The notes: generated by a model from the letters alone, not told the origin. 64,000 bases of DNA from an uncultured Coriobacteriaceae bacterium (GCA_902766835.1 CACXFC010000242.1:7132-71131), one strand, 5' to 3'; positions 1 to 9,152 are shown, numbered from the stretch's first letter. Program-made: numbers and translations.

Positions 1-347
1 GGAGGCTGCTGGGAGCTCGTGCCCTTGTAACCCACCTGCTTGCCATTGGTTGTCCAGGTGAGGGTGCCATCGCCGTTGACCTTAAAGCTCTGGTCCTCGT
101 CGGTGGCGCTTATGCCGGTGAGGTTCGAGCGGTCGTCAATGCGGTCTGCCTTGTCATCGTTGGAAAGCAGGTCCTCGACGGTGACGGACGAGACGGCGCC
201 CTCCGCATTGGTCTGCACGTGAACGGTCTCAGACTTCATGACCTTCGACGCTGCGTAGGCGAAGGTGGGGGAGAGGGGCGAGGTGGCAAGGGCGACGGCC
301 ACTAAAACGCCGCCTATCCTGCACCAGCTTGGACGAGTGTTGCGCAT
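1..347 (-). CDS. secreted protein, N-terminal part (partial, runs off window start)
   Basis: Reverse-strand ATG at 345-347 opens MRNTRPSWCRIGGVLVAVALATSPLSPTFAYAAS..., a signal-peptide-like N-terminus. The frame stays open to position 1. It is absent from the ORF track because no stop lies inside the window. Confidence 0.55.
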   Translation of the reverse strand, partial: MRNTRPSWCRIGGVLVAVALATSPLSPTFAYAASKVMKSETVHVQTNAEGAVSSVTVEDLLSNDDKADRIDDRSNLTGISATDEDQSFKVNGDGTLTWTTNGKQVGYKGTSSQQP

Positions 348-535
348 CTGTGCTCCTAACGCGTGCTTTCGGCAAAAAAGTTTACCACTTATAACACTTG
401 TTAAGTTGCACGGGGTAAATATACACGCGACTTTATGAGCGCCCTGTGCCCACTCTCCGATGCGGTCCCAATTATGTCGGTCCAACGTGTCATGATTGCG
501 TAAGCACAACCATTCGCAACGGGAGCAGAGCTACT

Positions 536-1129
536 ATGCAGTCAACCTTCTTCGCCATCGTCTCGCGCATGAAGCACATCGAGCGCTGGGCGCTCATGCG
601 CAGCACCCGCCCCGAAAACCTCAGCGAGCACTCGCTCGAGGTGGCCATGATCGCCCATGCGCTGGCAACCATTGGCAACGTTCGCTATGGGAAGCAGCTC
701 GACGCAAGCCGGGCGGCGCTCATCGGGCTCTATCATGATGCGTCTGAGATCATCACGGGGGACATGCCCACGCCGGTCAAGTACCAGAACAGCCGCATCC
801 GTGACGCATACAAGGAAGTTGAGCACGAGGCGGAGCGCACGCTTCTCTCTACGCTCCCCGACGACCTGCGCCCCACCTACGAGGAGCTGTTCTCCCAAGA
901 TGGGTCGAAGGGGGATGCTTACCTCTGGCGTCTGGTGAAGGCGGCCGACAAGCTAAGCGCGCTGATCAAGTGCGTGGACGAGGCACAGGCGGGCAACGCC
1001 GAGTTCAAGACGGCCGAGGCCTCTACTCGCAAGCGGGTGGAGGAGCTGGCCGAGGAGCTGCCCGAGGTGAGCGACTTCCTGCAGGAGTTCTTGCCACCGT
1101 ATGGAAGTACGCTCGACGAGCTGTTGTAA
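536..1129 (+). CDS. yfbR: HD-domain 5'-deoxynucleotidase (YfbR family)
   Basis: Internal ATG at 536 follows GGGAGCAGAG. MQSTFFAIVSRMKHIERWALMRSTRPENLSEHSLEVAMIAHALA...LYHDASEIITGDMPTPVKY closely parallels E. coli YfbR. Confidence 0.88.
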   Translation: MQSTFFAIVSRMKHIERWALMRSTRPENLSEHSLEVAMIAHALATIGNVRYGKQLDASRAALIGLYHDASEIITGDMPTPVKYQNSRIRDAYKEVEHEAERTLLSTLPDDLRPTYEELFSQDGSKGDAYLWRLVKAADKLSALIKCVDEAQAGNAEFKTAEASTRKRVEELAEELPEVSDFLQEFLPPYGSTLDELL

Positions 1130-1184
1130 CCTATCTGAGTGGTTTACGCGTGGCCGCACGGCCGCATAAGGAAAGGAAGTCACC

Positions 1185-3017
1185 ATGGATCTTGATATTC
1201 GCCGCGTCATCAAAAGCGTGCCCAAGGACCATGGTCCGGAAGATCTGAAGCCGCTGTGGACTCCTTGGGGCGAGACGATGGGCGAGGTCGCCTACACGAG
1301 CCATCCGCGCCCCCTGCTGGCGCGCGACACCTGGCAGACGCTCGATGGCTGGTGGGAGTGTGCGTTCGAGCCCTGCGCACAGGCGGCGCGGGCATGGCGC
1401 GACGCCGAGCCCCCCGCCGCCTTTACCCAGCGCATTCGCGTGCCGTTCTCGCCTGAGGCAGCGCTCTCCGGCGTGGGGCGCCAGCTGCAGCCCAACGAGC
1501 TTTTGTGGTATCGCCGCACCTTCCAGATGCCCGAGCTGCCCAGCCGTGGTGCATGTGTGCTGCACTTCGATGGCGTGGACTTTGCCTGCGCCGTGTATGT
1601 CAACGGCAGCAAGGTCGCCGAGCACGAGGGTGCCTACCTTCCCTTTGAGGCCGACATCACCCACCTGCTGGTTGAGGGCGACAACACGCTGATGCTTTGC
1701 GTGTACGACCCAAGCGAGACGGGCACGCAGCTGCGCGGCAAGCAGCGCCTCAAGCGCGGCGGCATGTGGTATACCGCGCAATCGGGCATCTGGCAGTCGG
1801 TGTGGCTCGAGCTCATGCCCCGAACGCATGTGGAGGAGCTGCTGCTGGAGCCCGATGTGACAACGGGCGAGCTGATCGTGTCGGTGCGGGCAAACGGCAT
1901 TGCCATGCTGAGCGTCGACGTGCTTTCCGGCGGGGAAGTGGTGGCCTCGGGCATCCAGTCGCGCCGCGTGGGCGGGCGCATGACCCTCTCGCTTTCCGTG
2001 CCAGACTATCACCTGTGGACCCCCGACGATCCCGCGCTGTACGACGTGGTAGCTACCTACGGCGACGATGTGGTGCGCAGTTACGTGGCATTTCGCACGG
2101 TGGGCCTCGAGGCCGACGAGCAGGGTGTCCTGCGGTTCTGCCTCAATGGCCAGCCCCTGTTCCTGCGCGGTCTGCTCGACCAAGGCTATTGGCCCGACGG
2201 CCTTCTTACGCCCCCTTCGCAGGAGGCAATGGCATTCGACCTGCGTGCCGTGCGCCGGGCCGGCTTCAACATGGTGCGCAAGCACATAAAGGTGGAGTCC
2301 GAGCGCTTCTATGCGCTCTGCGACCAGATGGGCGTGTTGGTGATGCAGGACATGCCTAGCGGAGGCGACCTGCCCTCCGACCGCTGGGCGCGCGACCTCC
2401 CCACGCTGTGGCGCAGGTCTTGGCATGCGCAGCGCGACGACACCGCCAAGGGTCGCGAGCGTCTTGGTGCCGCCGACGAGGCCTACCGTGACGAGTGGCT
2501 GCGGACCTGCGAGGACGTGGTCCAGCGGCTGTCCGCCCATCCCTGCATTGTCAGCTGGGTGCTCTTCAACGAGTCGTGGGGCCAGTTCGACTCGGCAAAG
2601 GCCACGCAGTTGGTCTGGGACCTCGATGCAACCAGGCCCGTGGTCTCTACCAGCGGCTGGTACGACCAGGGCTGCGGCGACTTCCATGCCGTGCACAACT
2701 ACTTCCGCGGCATGCACATGTTCGACGACCCCTTCGCCCCCACGGGCAAGCGTGGCGTTCGTGCGCAGATATACGGCGAGTTTGGCGGGCTTACCTGGAC
2801 GGTGCCCGAACACGCCTCGCTCGACCACTCGTATGGGTATGCCGAGTTCGAGACCTTCGGACAGTGGAAGGCAGCCCTGCACGAGCTGATTGCCAGCGTC
2901 GATGCGCTTGAGGCACAAGGGCTTTCCGGTTTCGTGTACACGCAGCTCACCGACGTGGAGGAAGAGACCAACGGCCTGCTCACCTACGACCGGCGCGTGG
3001 ACAAGCTAGAGGCATAG
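1185..3017 (+). CDS. glycoside hydrolase family 2 protein
   Basis: 610-aa ORF with SD AAGGAAAGGAAG. GH2-like blocks are present: NMVRKHIKVE, VMQDMP, WVLFNESWG (NE acid/base). No signal peptide. Confidence 0.75.
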   Translation: MDLDIRRVIKSVPKDHGPEDLKPLWTPWGETMGEVAYTSHPRPLLARDTWQTLDGWWECAFEPCAQAARAWRDAEPPAAFTQRIRVPFSPEAALSGVGRQLQPNELLWYRRTFQMPELPSRGACVLHFDGVDFACAVYVNGSKVAEHEGAYLPFEADITHLLVEGDNTLMLCVYDPSETGTQLRGKQRLKRGGMWYTAQSGIWQSVWLELMPRTHVEELLLEPDVTTGELIVSVRANGIAMLSVDVLSGGEVVASGIQSRRVGGRMTLSLSVPDYHLWTPDDPALYDVVATYGDDVVRSYVAFRTVGLEADEQGVLRFCLNGQPLFLRGLLDQGYWPDGLLTPPSQEAMAFDLRAVRRAGFNMVRKHIKVESERFYALCDQMGVLVMQDMPSGGDLPSDRWARDLPTLWRRSWHAQRDDTAKGRERLGAADEAYRDEWLRTCEDVVQRLSAHPCIVSWVLFNESWGQFDSAKATQLVWDLDATRPVVSTSGWYDQGCGDFHAVHNYFRGMHMFDDPFAPTGKRGVRAQIYGEFGGLTWTVPEHASLDHSYGYAEFETFGQWKAALHELIASVDALEAQGLSGFVYTQLTDVEEETNGLLTYDRRVDKLEA

Positions 3018-3155
3018 GGCAGCAGAGCGGTGTGCCCTCGTGCGCGCTGACTCATCTGCAGTTTCAAGCTGTGTCCCCTACATGCCCTGCTGTGGGAGCA
3101 GCTTGGCATCCATTACACTGTTGATGAATAAGGGTTAGGCTGAGAAGGAGCTTCA

Positions 3156-3175
3156 ATGGCAGAGTTCGTGTACCA
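3156..3175 (+). repeat. attL core (copy of ettA codons 1-7)
   Basis: Identical to 10331-10350. It is preceded by a strong SD, GAGAAGGAG (3142-3150), and now opens only a 15-codon ORF ending at TAG 3201-3203. Confidence 0.85.
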
Positions 3176-3247
3176 TTTACCGCTTCTAGAAAACAGCTGG
3201 TAGTAGGCTTAAAATGTTTTAATCGTAACAAACTACCAGATAAACTT

Positions 3248-3267
3248 ATGGCACAATCTATGGCACA
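3248..3267 (+). repeat. tandem ATGGCACA boxes (candidate integrase arm-type sites, left arm)
   Basis: ATGGCACAATCTATGGCACA. The same two-box arrangement occurs at 10283-10303 in the same orientation. The box also resembles the core start TATGGCAGAG. Confidence 0.5.
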
Positions 3268-3288
3268 AAAGAGAGCCGTAGGGGTGTG

Positions 3289-4449
3289 ATGGAAGTGTTC
3301 TACACAGGTGCAAGTTTGAAGCAAATGCACGATCGGAAGGGCAAGCCGTGGCGCGGAACCTTGCAGTACAAGGATCCCGAAACGCTCAGGTGGAGACAGA
3401 TCACCAAAGTCTTTCCTGATTGCAAGTACAAGAGCGAAGCCAAAAGGGCTTTGGCTGACTGGCAAGCCGAAATGGAAGAAAAGGCAGCTCTTAGAGACAC
3501 GGGAAGAACAGTCGAGACAGTCATTCGCGGATATCTGTCGAACCAAAGGAGCCTGAACAGGATCAGCGTAGTAACCTACCAGAACTCTTTGCGGCTAGCT
3601 GAGACGATCATCTTTCCTAGGATCGGTAAGAAGATCTTTATCGATCTGACGAAGCTAGAAGTCCAGAAGTTCGTGAACGATCTATCGAAGAAGGGCTACA
3701 AGCCTAGTTCTGTACGCACAATCTTTGCCATAGTTTCAAAGACTTACAAGGACTCATTTAGGCGTGACGAAGTTCTGAAGGATCCAACGAAGGGTGTGGA
3801 GCTACCAAGAAATCTCAAGGGACAGATTAACTATCTTGGAGCTGAAGGAAGGCGCAAATTCCTTGCACTAATGACTGGATCGAGCATCTTCTACCTACCG
3901 ACTATGATCGCCTATTACAGCGGCATGAGAGCGGGTGAGATCTGCGCTTTGCAATGGAAGGATATCAACCTTGCAATTGGCACGATCAATATTACAAAGA
4001 CGGCGAAAGACTACCGCACGGACTCAGGCAGGCATGAGGTGGAGATCTCTAACCCGAAGACTCCCAAGAGCGTAAGAACTATCCCAATAATCGATGAACT
4101 GGGCAAGATTCTTAAGGACGCGGCGAAAGATGCGAAGCCAAAGCCTACAGACTACGTGATCGAGTGGAGAAACCCTAGGCTCTTGTGCTCAAGCTTTCAG
4201 AAGTGGGCTACAAGAAACGAGGTAGCAGGAGAAGCGGGTAAGCCAATCACAATGCATGGTCTGAGACACACTTTTGCAACCTTGGGTGTGCAAAGCGGCA
4301 TGGATATCAAGAGCCTTTCATCCATCCTTGGGCACAGCAGCACGGCAATGACTCTAGACACGTACGCAAGCGACGATGAGCAAGCAAAGCGTTTTGCGAT
4401 GAACAACCTATCTAGGTTCTTTCAGAACGAGAGTGAGAATGATCTTTGA
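3289..4449 (+). CDS. tyrosine-type site-specific integrase
   Basis: Catalytic signature blocks MRAGEICALQWKDI (Arg), HGLRHTFATL (H-x-x-R) and LGHSSTAMTLDTYAS (His..Tyr). The N-terminal SAM-like region has VVTYQNSLRL. ATG at 3289 (GTG at 3286 is also possible). Confidence 0.9.
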   Translation: MEVFYTGASLKQMHDRKGKPWRGTLQYKDPETLRWRQITKVFPDCKYKSEAKRALADWQAEMEEKAALRDTGRTVETVIRGYLSNQRSLNRISVVTYQNSLRLAETIIFPRIGKKIFIDLTKLEVQKFVNDLSKKGYKPSSVRTIFAIVSKTYKDSFRRDEVLKDPTKGVELPRNLKGQINYLGAEGRRKFLALMTGSSIFYLPTMIAYYSGMRAGEICALQWKDINLAIGTINITKTAKDYRTDSGRHEVEISNPKTPKSVRTIPIIDELGKILKDAAKDAKPKPTDYVIEWRNPRLLCSSFQKWATRNEVAGEAGKPITMHGLRHTFATLGVQSGMDIKSLSSILGHSSTAMTLDTYASDDEQAKRFAMNNLSRFFQNESENDL

Positions 4450-5042
4450 TGGACTATCTAGAGTGGATGAAACTACAAGAGAGCATGATCAGCTATGCGG
4501 AACAGTTGCGTGAGAAGATCAGCTTTATCGACCCTGAAGGAAGGCGCAAGCTGGATCCGTACTACTTCCTTTCTGGTGAGGTTGCCGCCTACAAGCTTCT
4601 AAGCTCTTGGATCAACTCCATGAGAAGGGGAAACGACGTTGTAGATGAGAGGGTAGGAGATCTAGTAGACCTGATCAGGAAGTTGGTCGAAGAGGATTAC
4701 GAAGACTATCAGATCTACGAAGCGGAAATAAGCATGCCACTTTGGTATGAGCTTATGAAGGGCTTCAGTGGTGATGCATTATCTAACTTCAATTCAGAGA
4801 TCCTAGTGCTTGCAAGTATTGCGGAAGTGAGATCTGGAATCTCGCCTGAGAACACGATTATTTGCACAATGACCGACGATGAGCTAACAGACGCAAATCT
4901 TGTTTCCTATGCGTATAGCCTAGTTCATGACTACCTGTTAGGATTGTCGAGGGAAGATTTAGAGTCGTTCGCACAAAAGGGCTTTGGCCTGAATGCGGAA
5001 AAAGGCGAACTCTACAAGCTTCACTTCAACTTATTCCAATAG
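4449..5042 (+). CDS. hypothetical protein (element-encoded, helical, acidic)
   Basis: ATG at 4449 overlaps the integrase TGA (TGATG coupling). 197 aa with no motif I recognise. Confidence 0.6.
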   Translation: MDYLEWMKLQESMISYAEQLREKISFIDPEGRRKLDPYYFLSGEVAAYKLLSSWINSMRRGNDVVDERVGDLVDLIRKLVEEDYEDYQIYEAEISMPLWYELMKGFSGDALSNFNSEILVLASIAEVRSGISPENTIICTMTDDELTDANLVSYAYSLVHDYLLGLSREDLESFAQKGFGLNAEKGELYKLHFNLFQ

Positions 5043-5055
5043 AAGAGAAAGGGCT

Positions 5056-5400
5056 ATGGGAATGAATAAGAGCGAAGCACAGGCTAAGCTAAGGGAACTT
5101 GCACGTGAGATTGGTGATTTCGACTTGTATGATGCAGCACAGGACACAGATCTTGCCTTCAGTCTTCTAGAAAAGAAGTTTGAAGATGCGGCAACACCTA
5201 TTGTCGAGATTTCGGGCAAGCAACTCACAAACAAGAGTTGCTTTAAGAAGAATGCCGACAGAAGAAAGTTCCTTCAGAGGGTGATTCGCAAAGAGACCAA
5301 TGATGAGTTCAAGGTCTTGTATGAACAGGAACTAGAGCTAATTGAGACTTATGCGTTTCTTGCTTTGGAGTATCTGTTTGGTGAGATTGCCACAAAGTAG
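5056..5400 (+). CDS. hypothetical protein (element-encoded)
   Basis: ATG at 5056 follows AGAAGAGAAAGGG. 114 aa, MGMNKSEAQAKLRELAREIG..., no recognisable motif. Confidence 0.55.
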   Translation: MGMNKSEAQAKLRELAREIGDFDLYDAAQDTDLAFSLLEKKFEDAATPIVEISGKQLTNKSCFKKNADRRKFLQRVIRKETNDEFKVLYEQELELIETYAFLALEYLFGEIATK

Positions 5401-5465
5401 CCTTTATCAGGTCTTTACCGTTGGATGGTCGAGTTGCCGTCTAATGGAAATAGCACCTCTTTTCA

Positions 5466-5474
5466 TGCTACAAT
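5466..5474 (+). promoter_or_regulatory. extended -10-like box TGCTACAAT
   Basis: TGnTAcAAT lies about 8 nt upstream of the first base of the long stem at 5482. No convincing -35. Confidence 0.3.
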
Positions 5475-5481
5475 CCACATA

Positions 5482-5617
5482 ACCACAACCGCGGGAACTT
5501 GTCTGTAAAGGCAAGTGTTCGCATCTTTGACAATCCAGCTAGCTACCACCTTGGAGGGCACTCCTGCCTTTCGGGTGAATGCTAGCTGTTAAAGCTGCGA
5601 ACGCTCGCGGTTGTGGT
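5482..5617 (+). ncRNA. candidate structured RNA / 5' leader (multi-stem, ~136 nt)
   Basis: A perfect 12-bp closing stem pairs ACCACAACCGCG (5482-5493) with CGCGGTTGTGGT (5606-5617). Inner pairings: GTTCGC (5517-5522) with GCGAAC (5598-5603), and CAGCTAGC (5536-5543) with GCTAGCTG (5581-5588). Local hairpins at 5494-5516 and GGAG/CTCC at 5553-5564. No long ORF in the interval. Confidence 0.45.
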
Positions 5618-5696
5618 GACTGTGGTTGGAGTGTCCTCCAAAATGGTCTCGCACCCCTTCCATGGTGAATGTCGGAGTTCCTTGGAAGGAGTCGCT

Positions 5697-5786
5697 ATGA
5701 GTGGTTCTAACAACAGCGGTTGCAGCCTCGTAATTCTGGTCGCGCTGGGGGTCTTTTTGGGCCTCGTGCTCTTTGCTGTGGGATAA
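5697..5786 (+). CDS. 29-aa hydrophobic peptide (type I toxin-like or leader peptide)
   Basis: ATG at 5697 follows GGAAGGAG. Sequence MSGSNNSGCSLVILVALGVFLGLVLFAVG, then TAA at 5784-5786. The SD GGAAGG (5684-5689) can pair with CCTTCC (5656-5661). It is below the ORF-track size cutoff. Confidence 0.4.
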   Translation: MSGSNNSGCSLVILVALGVFLGLVLFAVG

Positions 5787-5789
5787 CGC

Positions 5790-6176
5790 ATGACAAAGGG
5801 CAGGGAAGGCTATGAAATACTATTAGACGCAACCATACTACTGGTGTATCTAATAAACAAGAATAGCGACATTCTGTATGGAATCCTTCCCCGCCCGTTC
5901 ATGCGTAACCATTTCAATGATCTGTTGGCAGGCTGCTTGTTTCCTTCATATGTCAACATCGTGCTAAGGACTGCCAGATTTGATTATCAGATAGACAGTC
6001 TACTTAGTGTCCTGATCACAGAAATGGTATGCAGCTTGTTCTGGGAAGTACTTGCGCCGCTGTATCTAGCTAGAAGTACGTGTGATCCTATAGATGTTAT
6101 CTGCTACATATTAGGTGGAATGTTGTATCTCATGTTCATCCTTATTGTTTCAAATAGAAGGGATTGCCAACAATGA
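5790..6176 (+). CDS. small integral membrane protein
   Basis: 128 aa with 3-4 hydrophobic segments (ILLVYLI, LLAGCLFPSYV, LITEMVCSLFWEVLAPL, ICYILGGMLYLMFILIV). Starts 3 nt after the peptide stop. Confidence 0.6.
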   Translation: MTKGREGYEILLDATILLVYLINKNSDILYGILPRPFMRNHFNDLLAGCLFPSYVNIVLRTARFDYQIDSLLSVLITEMVCSLFWEVLAPLYLARSTCDPIDVICYILGGMLYLMFILIVSNRRDCQQ

Positions 6177-6394
6177 CAGACAACGATAACAAGAGCGAGA
6201 ATAGTATCGGCATGTACATTGCTCTGCTTATCATTTTTCTTCTGATTGGCTTTATCAGCAACAGCTGCAACGCACGCTCAAAGCAACGATCCTATACACC
6301 CATGACTGATGATGAGAGGGTCGAGTTCTTCAACAACATATCTGACCCCAGCACACCAGAAGGCAAATGGTACGAGGAAACGTATGGGGACTGA
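6173..6394 (+). CDS. small single-pass membrane protein
   Basis: ATGA start/stop overlap with the preceding ORF. MTDNDNKSENSIGMYIALLIIFLLIGFISNS... has one TM segment. Confidence 0.5.
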   Translation: MTDNDNKSENSIGMYIALLIIFLLIGFISNSCNARSKQRSYTPMTDDERVEFFNNISDPSTPEGKWYEETYGD

Positions 6395-6416
6395 GTCTCT
6401 GAACTTTGGAGAACGG

Positions 6417-6441
6417 CTGGATGCCTACGCAGGGCATCCAG
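6417..6441. terminator. hairpin between convergent genes
   Basis: CTGGATGCC-tacgcag-GGCATCCAG sits between the stop at 6394 (+) and the stop at 6451 (-). Confidence 0.5.
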
Positions 6442-6450
6442 CTCGCCCAC

Positions 6451-7029
6451 CTATTCACGGACAATCCCACGCTCTTTCGCGTACTTGTAGAAGACCGCGC
6501 GGCTGATCCCAACGATCGAGCAGATATCGTTAACGCTCTTGTCGGTGTTCTGGTAGAGATCGAAGGCGGTTGCGAGCTTGTCTTCGCTGACCTTTGACCT
6601 ACCGCCACAACGCCCGTCCTTCTCGCGCTTGATTCTCTGGCCCTCAGCCCTTCTCTCTGCCAAGATCTCGCGTTCGTACTGAGCAAAGCAAGCGGTGATC
6701 CCAAAGAAGAGACGGCCTGTAGCCGTGCGCGTGTCGCATTCGCCTTCTTTGAGGGAAACGAGAGCCACGCCCTTTTCGTTAAGGGTATTGCACAGGCTGA
6801 GAAGATCAGAGAGGTTGCGGGAAAGACGGCTGAAGGATTCGATATAGAGTTCGTCACCCTCAGAGAGAACAGAGAGAAGCTTCTTAAGTTCAGCGCGGTT
6901 TGTGTCTTTGCCGCTCTTCTTTTCGCTGTAGATGTTATCAGCGGGAATGCCCAACTGATCAGCCATCTTCAGTTGGCGTGCAAGGTTCTGGCCCTGAGAA
7001 GAGACGCGGGAATAGAAGAACTTGGACAT
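6451..7029 (-). CDS. serine recombinase (small resolvase/invertase type)
   Basis: MSKFFYSRVSSQGQNLARQ (catalytic Ser block), GDELYIESFSRLSRN, and a C-terminal HTH (SVNDICSIVGISRAVFYKYAKE). Internal ATG at 7029 chosen. Confidence 0.85.
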   Translation of the reverse strand: MSKFFYSRVSSQGQNLARQLKMADQLGIPADNIYSEKKSGKDTNRAELKKLLSVLSEGDELYIESFSRLSRNLSDLLSLCNTLNEKGVALVSLKEGECDTRTATGRLFFGITACFAQYEREILAERRAEGQRIKREKDGRCGGRSKVSEDKLATAFDLYQNTDKSVNDICSIVGISRAVFYKYAKERGIVRE

Positions 7030-7051
7030 TTGGAACCCCCAAAAGGTCGAT

Positions 7052-7191
7052 GTTTTGTCGTTCAACTGTATTTTAACGTAGACAAACAAAAAAGACAATA
7101 TAGACAGTCAAAAAAGACAATCTTTTTTCTCAGCCCTAGCGGTCTACCTTGGCTTAGCCCTTGCGTCTATTTTCGTAGAGCAAAAAAGACA
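7052..7191. promoter_or_regulatory. iterated motifs upstream of the recombinase (candidate res/operator region)
   Basis: AAAAAAGACA occurs as a direct repeat at 7088-7097, 7110-7119 and 7182-7191. TTTGTC (7054-7059) and GACAAA (7081-7086) form an inverted pair 21 bp apart. Near-palindrome AAAAAAGAcaaTCTTTTTT at 7110-7128. Confidence 0.4.
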
Positions 7192-7367
7192 GTCCTTGCA
7201 ACGCGTAACGACAAAAAGTTGGGTCAACTTGAATGATCCGAAAGCCACAAAAACCATTTCTCAGTGAAGCCAAGAGTAAAGAAAGATCAGGGCTGTAGGG
7301 GTCTGCGGCCCTGCTTTTCTTTTGGCTGTTTTGTTTGAAAAATCCTTTGAAGAAAGAAGGTCTGGAT

Positions 7368-7532
7368 ATGACGAAAGAAAAGAGAGTGGATCGATCAAAG
7401 TACTTTTCCCATTTGGGCGTAGAGATCCCGCGCGATCAGCACGACAGAATCAGGGCGATAGCCAAGAGTAAAGAGATCTCGATCAGCCAACTTGTGCGGC
7501 GTGCGCTGAATGAGTACTTGGCTAAGTGCTAA
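7368..7532 (+). CDS. ribbon-helix-helix (CopG-like) DNA-binding protein
   Basis: ATG at 7368 follows GAAGG. MTKEKRVDRSKYFSHLGVEIPRDQHDRIRAIAKSKEISISQLVRRALNEYLAKC has an RHH-like strand plus two helices. Confidence 0.6.
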   Translation: MTKEKRVDRSKYFSHLGVEIPRDQHDRIRAIAKSKEISISQLVRRALNEYLAKC

Positions 7533-7544
7533 GGGGTGATCACC

Positions 7545-9140
7545 TTGGCTTCAAAGTATTTGAGTGAATCGGATTTGGAGCTAAGCCAATGGGATCGAGA
7601 AAGAGAGATCGGATTGATAGCCGTCCCGTGCGGCCTAGGTAAGACGTATGCAAGCGTTCATTGGTTGTGAAGGATCCTAGGGATTGATCCTAAAGAAACG
7701 CTGTTGCTATCGCCTAGACGTGGGATCAGGAAACAGACGCTTGATAGCTACCCCGATCAGGTTGAGCGATTCACGGTCAGCGGATCAGCCTTTTCTAGCA
7801 AAGTTCAGATCGAGACGGTTCACAAGATCGGCTGTTGGTATCGCTTGGATTATGCCTACCCCAAACCTAGGCTTGTGATCATCGATGAATTTCACACCCT
7901 GTTTAGCGAAACCCACTTTGCTAGGGATCTGATCTATTTCTATCAGCAGCTTCTAGAGTGGATCGATGATCCTAGCGTTACCCTGATCGCCCTAACGGCC
8001 ACGACAACGCTACCCCTAGAGTTTGTGAACCAACAGCCCTTCAAGGGCTTTGAATGGCTCTATCAGAGCTTTCAAGGATTTAGGATCCGCAAGATATCTA
8101 GGGATCTTGATCCGCCTTACAAAGCGCAAGTTGTGCAGATCGAGAGCGGCAAGAGCCTAGAGACAGTTCTTAGACAATGCCCCGCAAGCCCCGATAACAA
8201 ACAGCTTGTTTTCGTGCGGGGAACAGCCGCAAAGCTTGTTAGCTTGGCTGAGAGTGAGGATCGATCTAGTTGGCTTTGCTCTGAAGAATCCAAGAGAGAA
8301 GTAAATGGTATCAAGGCGGCTGATCTGATGGATCAGGATCATCTTTCATCGATTCTTAGCGGCTACCTACCTGAGACAGTAGATCGGATCTATCTAACTA
8401 GCGCCTATCGTGAGGGGATTAACATCCACGATGAAGCGGTGCAGGAAGTAATTATCGAGGGTGCAAGTGATATCGAGCTGATTCAGGCGTTAGGGCGTGT
8501 GCGGCACCCGATCAAACGTCTGATCATCGTCATTGATGCCCGCAAGTTTCAGAACGGTGATCGAAAGATCAGAGAAGCGCTTGATCTGTTGGATAGCGGG
8601 GATCTAGAAGCTTATTACAAAAGGCAAGAGAAGCAGGATTTAGAAGGTTTTGAAGGCGAGAGAGTGCCCAACTTAGTCTTTAGGAACAAGTACACAAGGG
8701 AACTGAGGTTCAACTACCTAGCGCTTTGCTTTTGGTTATTTGACTACTACAGTTCAGCTTGTGCCACTCAGCAGGATTGGAAAGAGATCGAGCTATCAGG
8801 GCGATTGTTTCCTAGCAAGAGAGATTACTTCAGCAGGATCCTAGATCCCTACTCTGAAGGGCCTATCACCTATGACCTGATCAGCTTTGGAAAGCCTAGT
8901 GTAGATCGAGAGAATGCGGAAAAGCTAGAGCGCTTCGATTGGAAAGCCTGAAGCGGAAAAGAGTTGTGCGCAAAGAGCGATCTAGCCTTAGAGTTTGTAA
9001 GCGCTTTGGATTTGCATAACGCAAGCGACTATTCGCAAATGGCACTATCAGGGATCTATGACAACTTTCCTAAGTACTTTGTAAGAAAGCACAGAGTTAA
9101 GAAAAATGGAAAGAGAAAAGTAGTTTATGAATTGGCTTAG
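7545..9140 (+). pseudogene. SF2-type helicase reading frame interrupted by two in-frame TGA codons
   Basis: One frame is open from 7533 to TAG 9138-9140 except for TGA at 7668-7670 and 8949-8951. Walker A AVPCGLGKTYA precedes the first TGA. After it come motif II VIIDEFH, TATT and motif VI QALGRVRH. The 62 codons after the second TGA look coding (..YDNFPKYFVRKHRVKKNGKRKVVYELA). TTG start at 7545 follows AAGGGG. Confidence 0.7.
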
Positions 9141-9152
9141 CCTTTGCGGTGC

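Noticed and set aside
3018-3300. Searched for a tRNA or tmRNA gene at the element boundary as the usual integrase target
   Set aside because: No cloverleaf-compatible sequence or GTTCRANYC T-loop motif is seen at either end. The repeat coincides with the ettA start instead.
3064-3546. 160-aa minus-strand ORF spanning attL
   Set aside because: It crosses the host/element junction, is antisense to the integrase start, and has no SD or motif. It is spurious.
4447-4461. Integrase TGA followed by TGG ACT ATC TAG, considered as another recoded TGA
   Set aside because: It cannot be distinguished from a normal stop. The TGATG overlap with the next ATG is a standard coupled stop/start, and the extension would add only four residues.
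6174-6530. Possible TGA read-through of the 128-aa membrane protein frame, which stays free of TAA/TAG until about 6530
   Set aside because: The downstream translation is not protein-like. The overlapping frame starting at 6173 (ATGA coupling) gives a sensible TM protein. The open frame is antisense to the serine recombinase gene. TGA at 6174 is therefore taken as a true stop.
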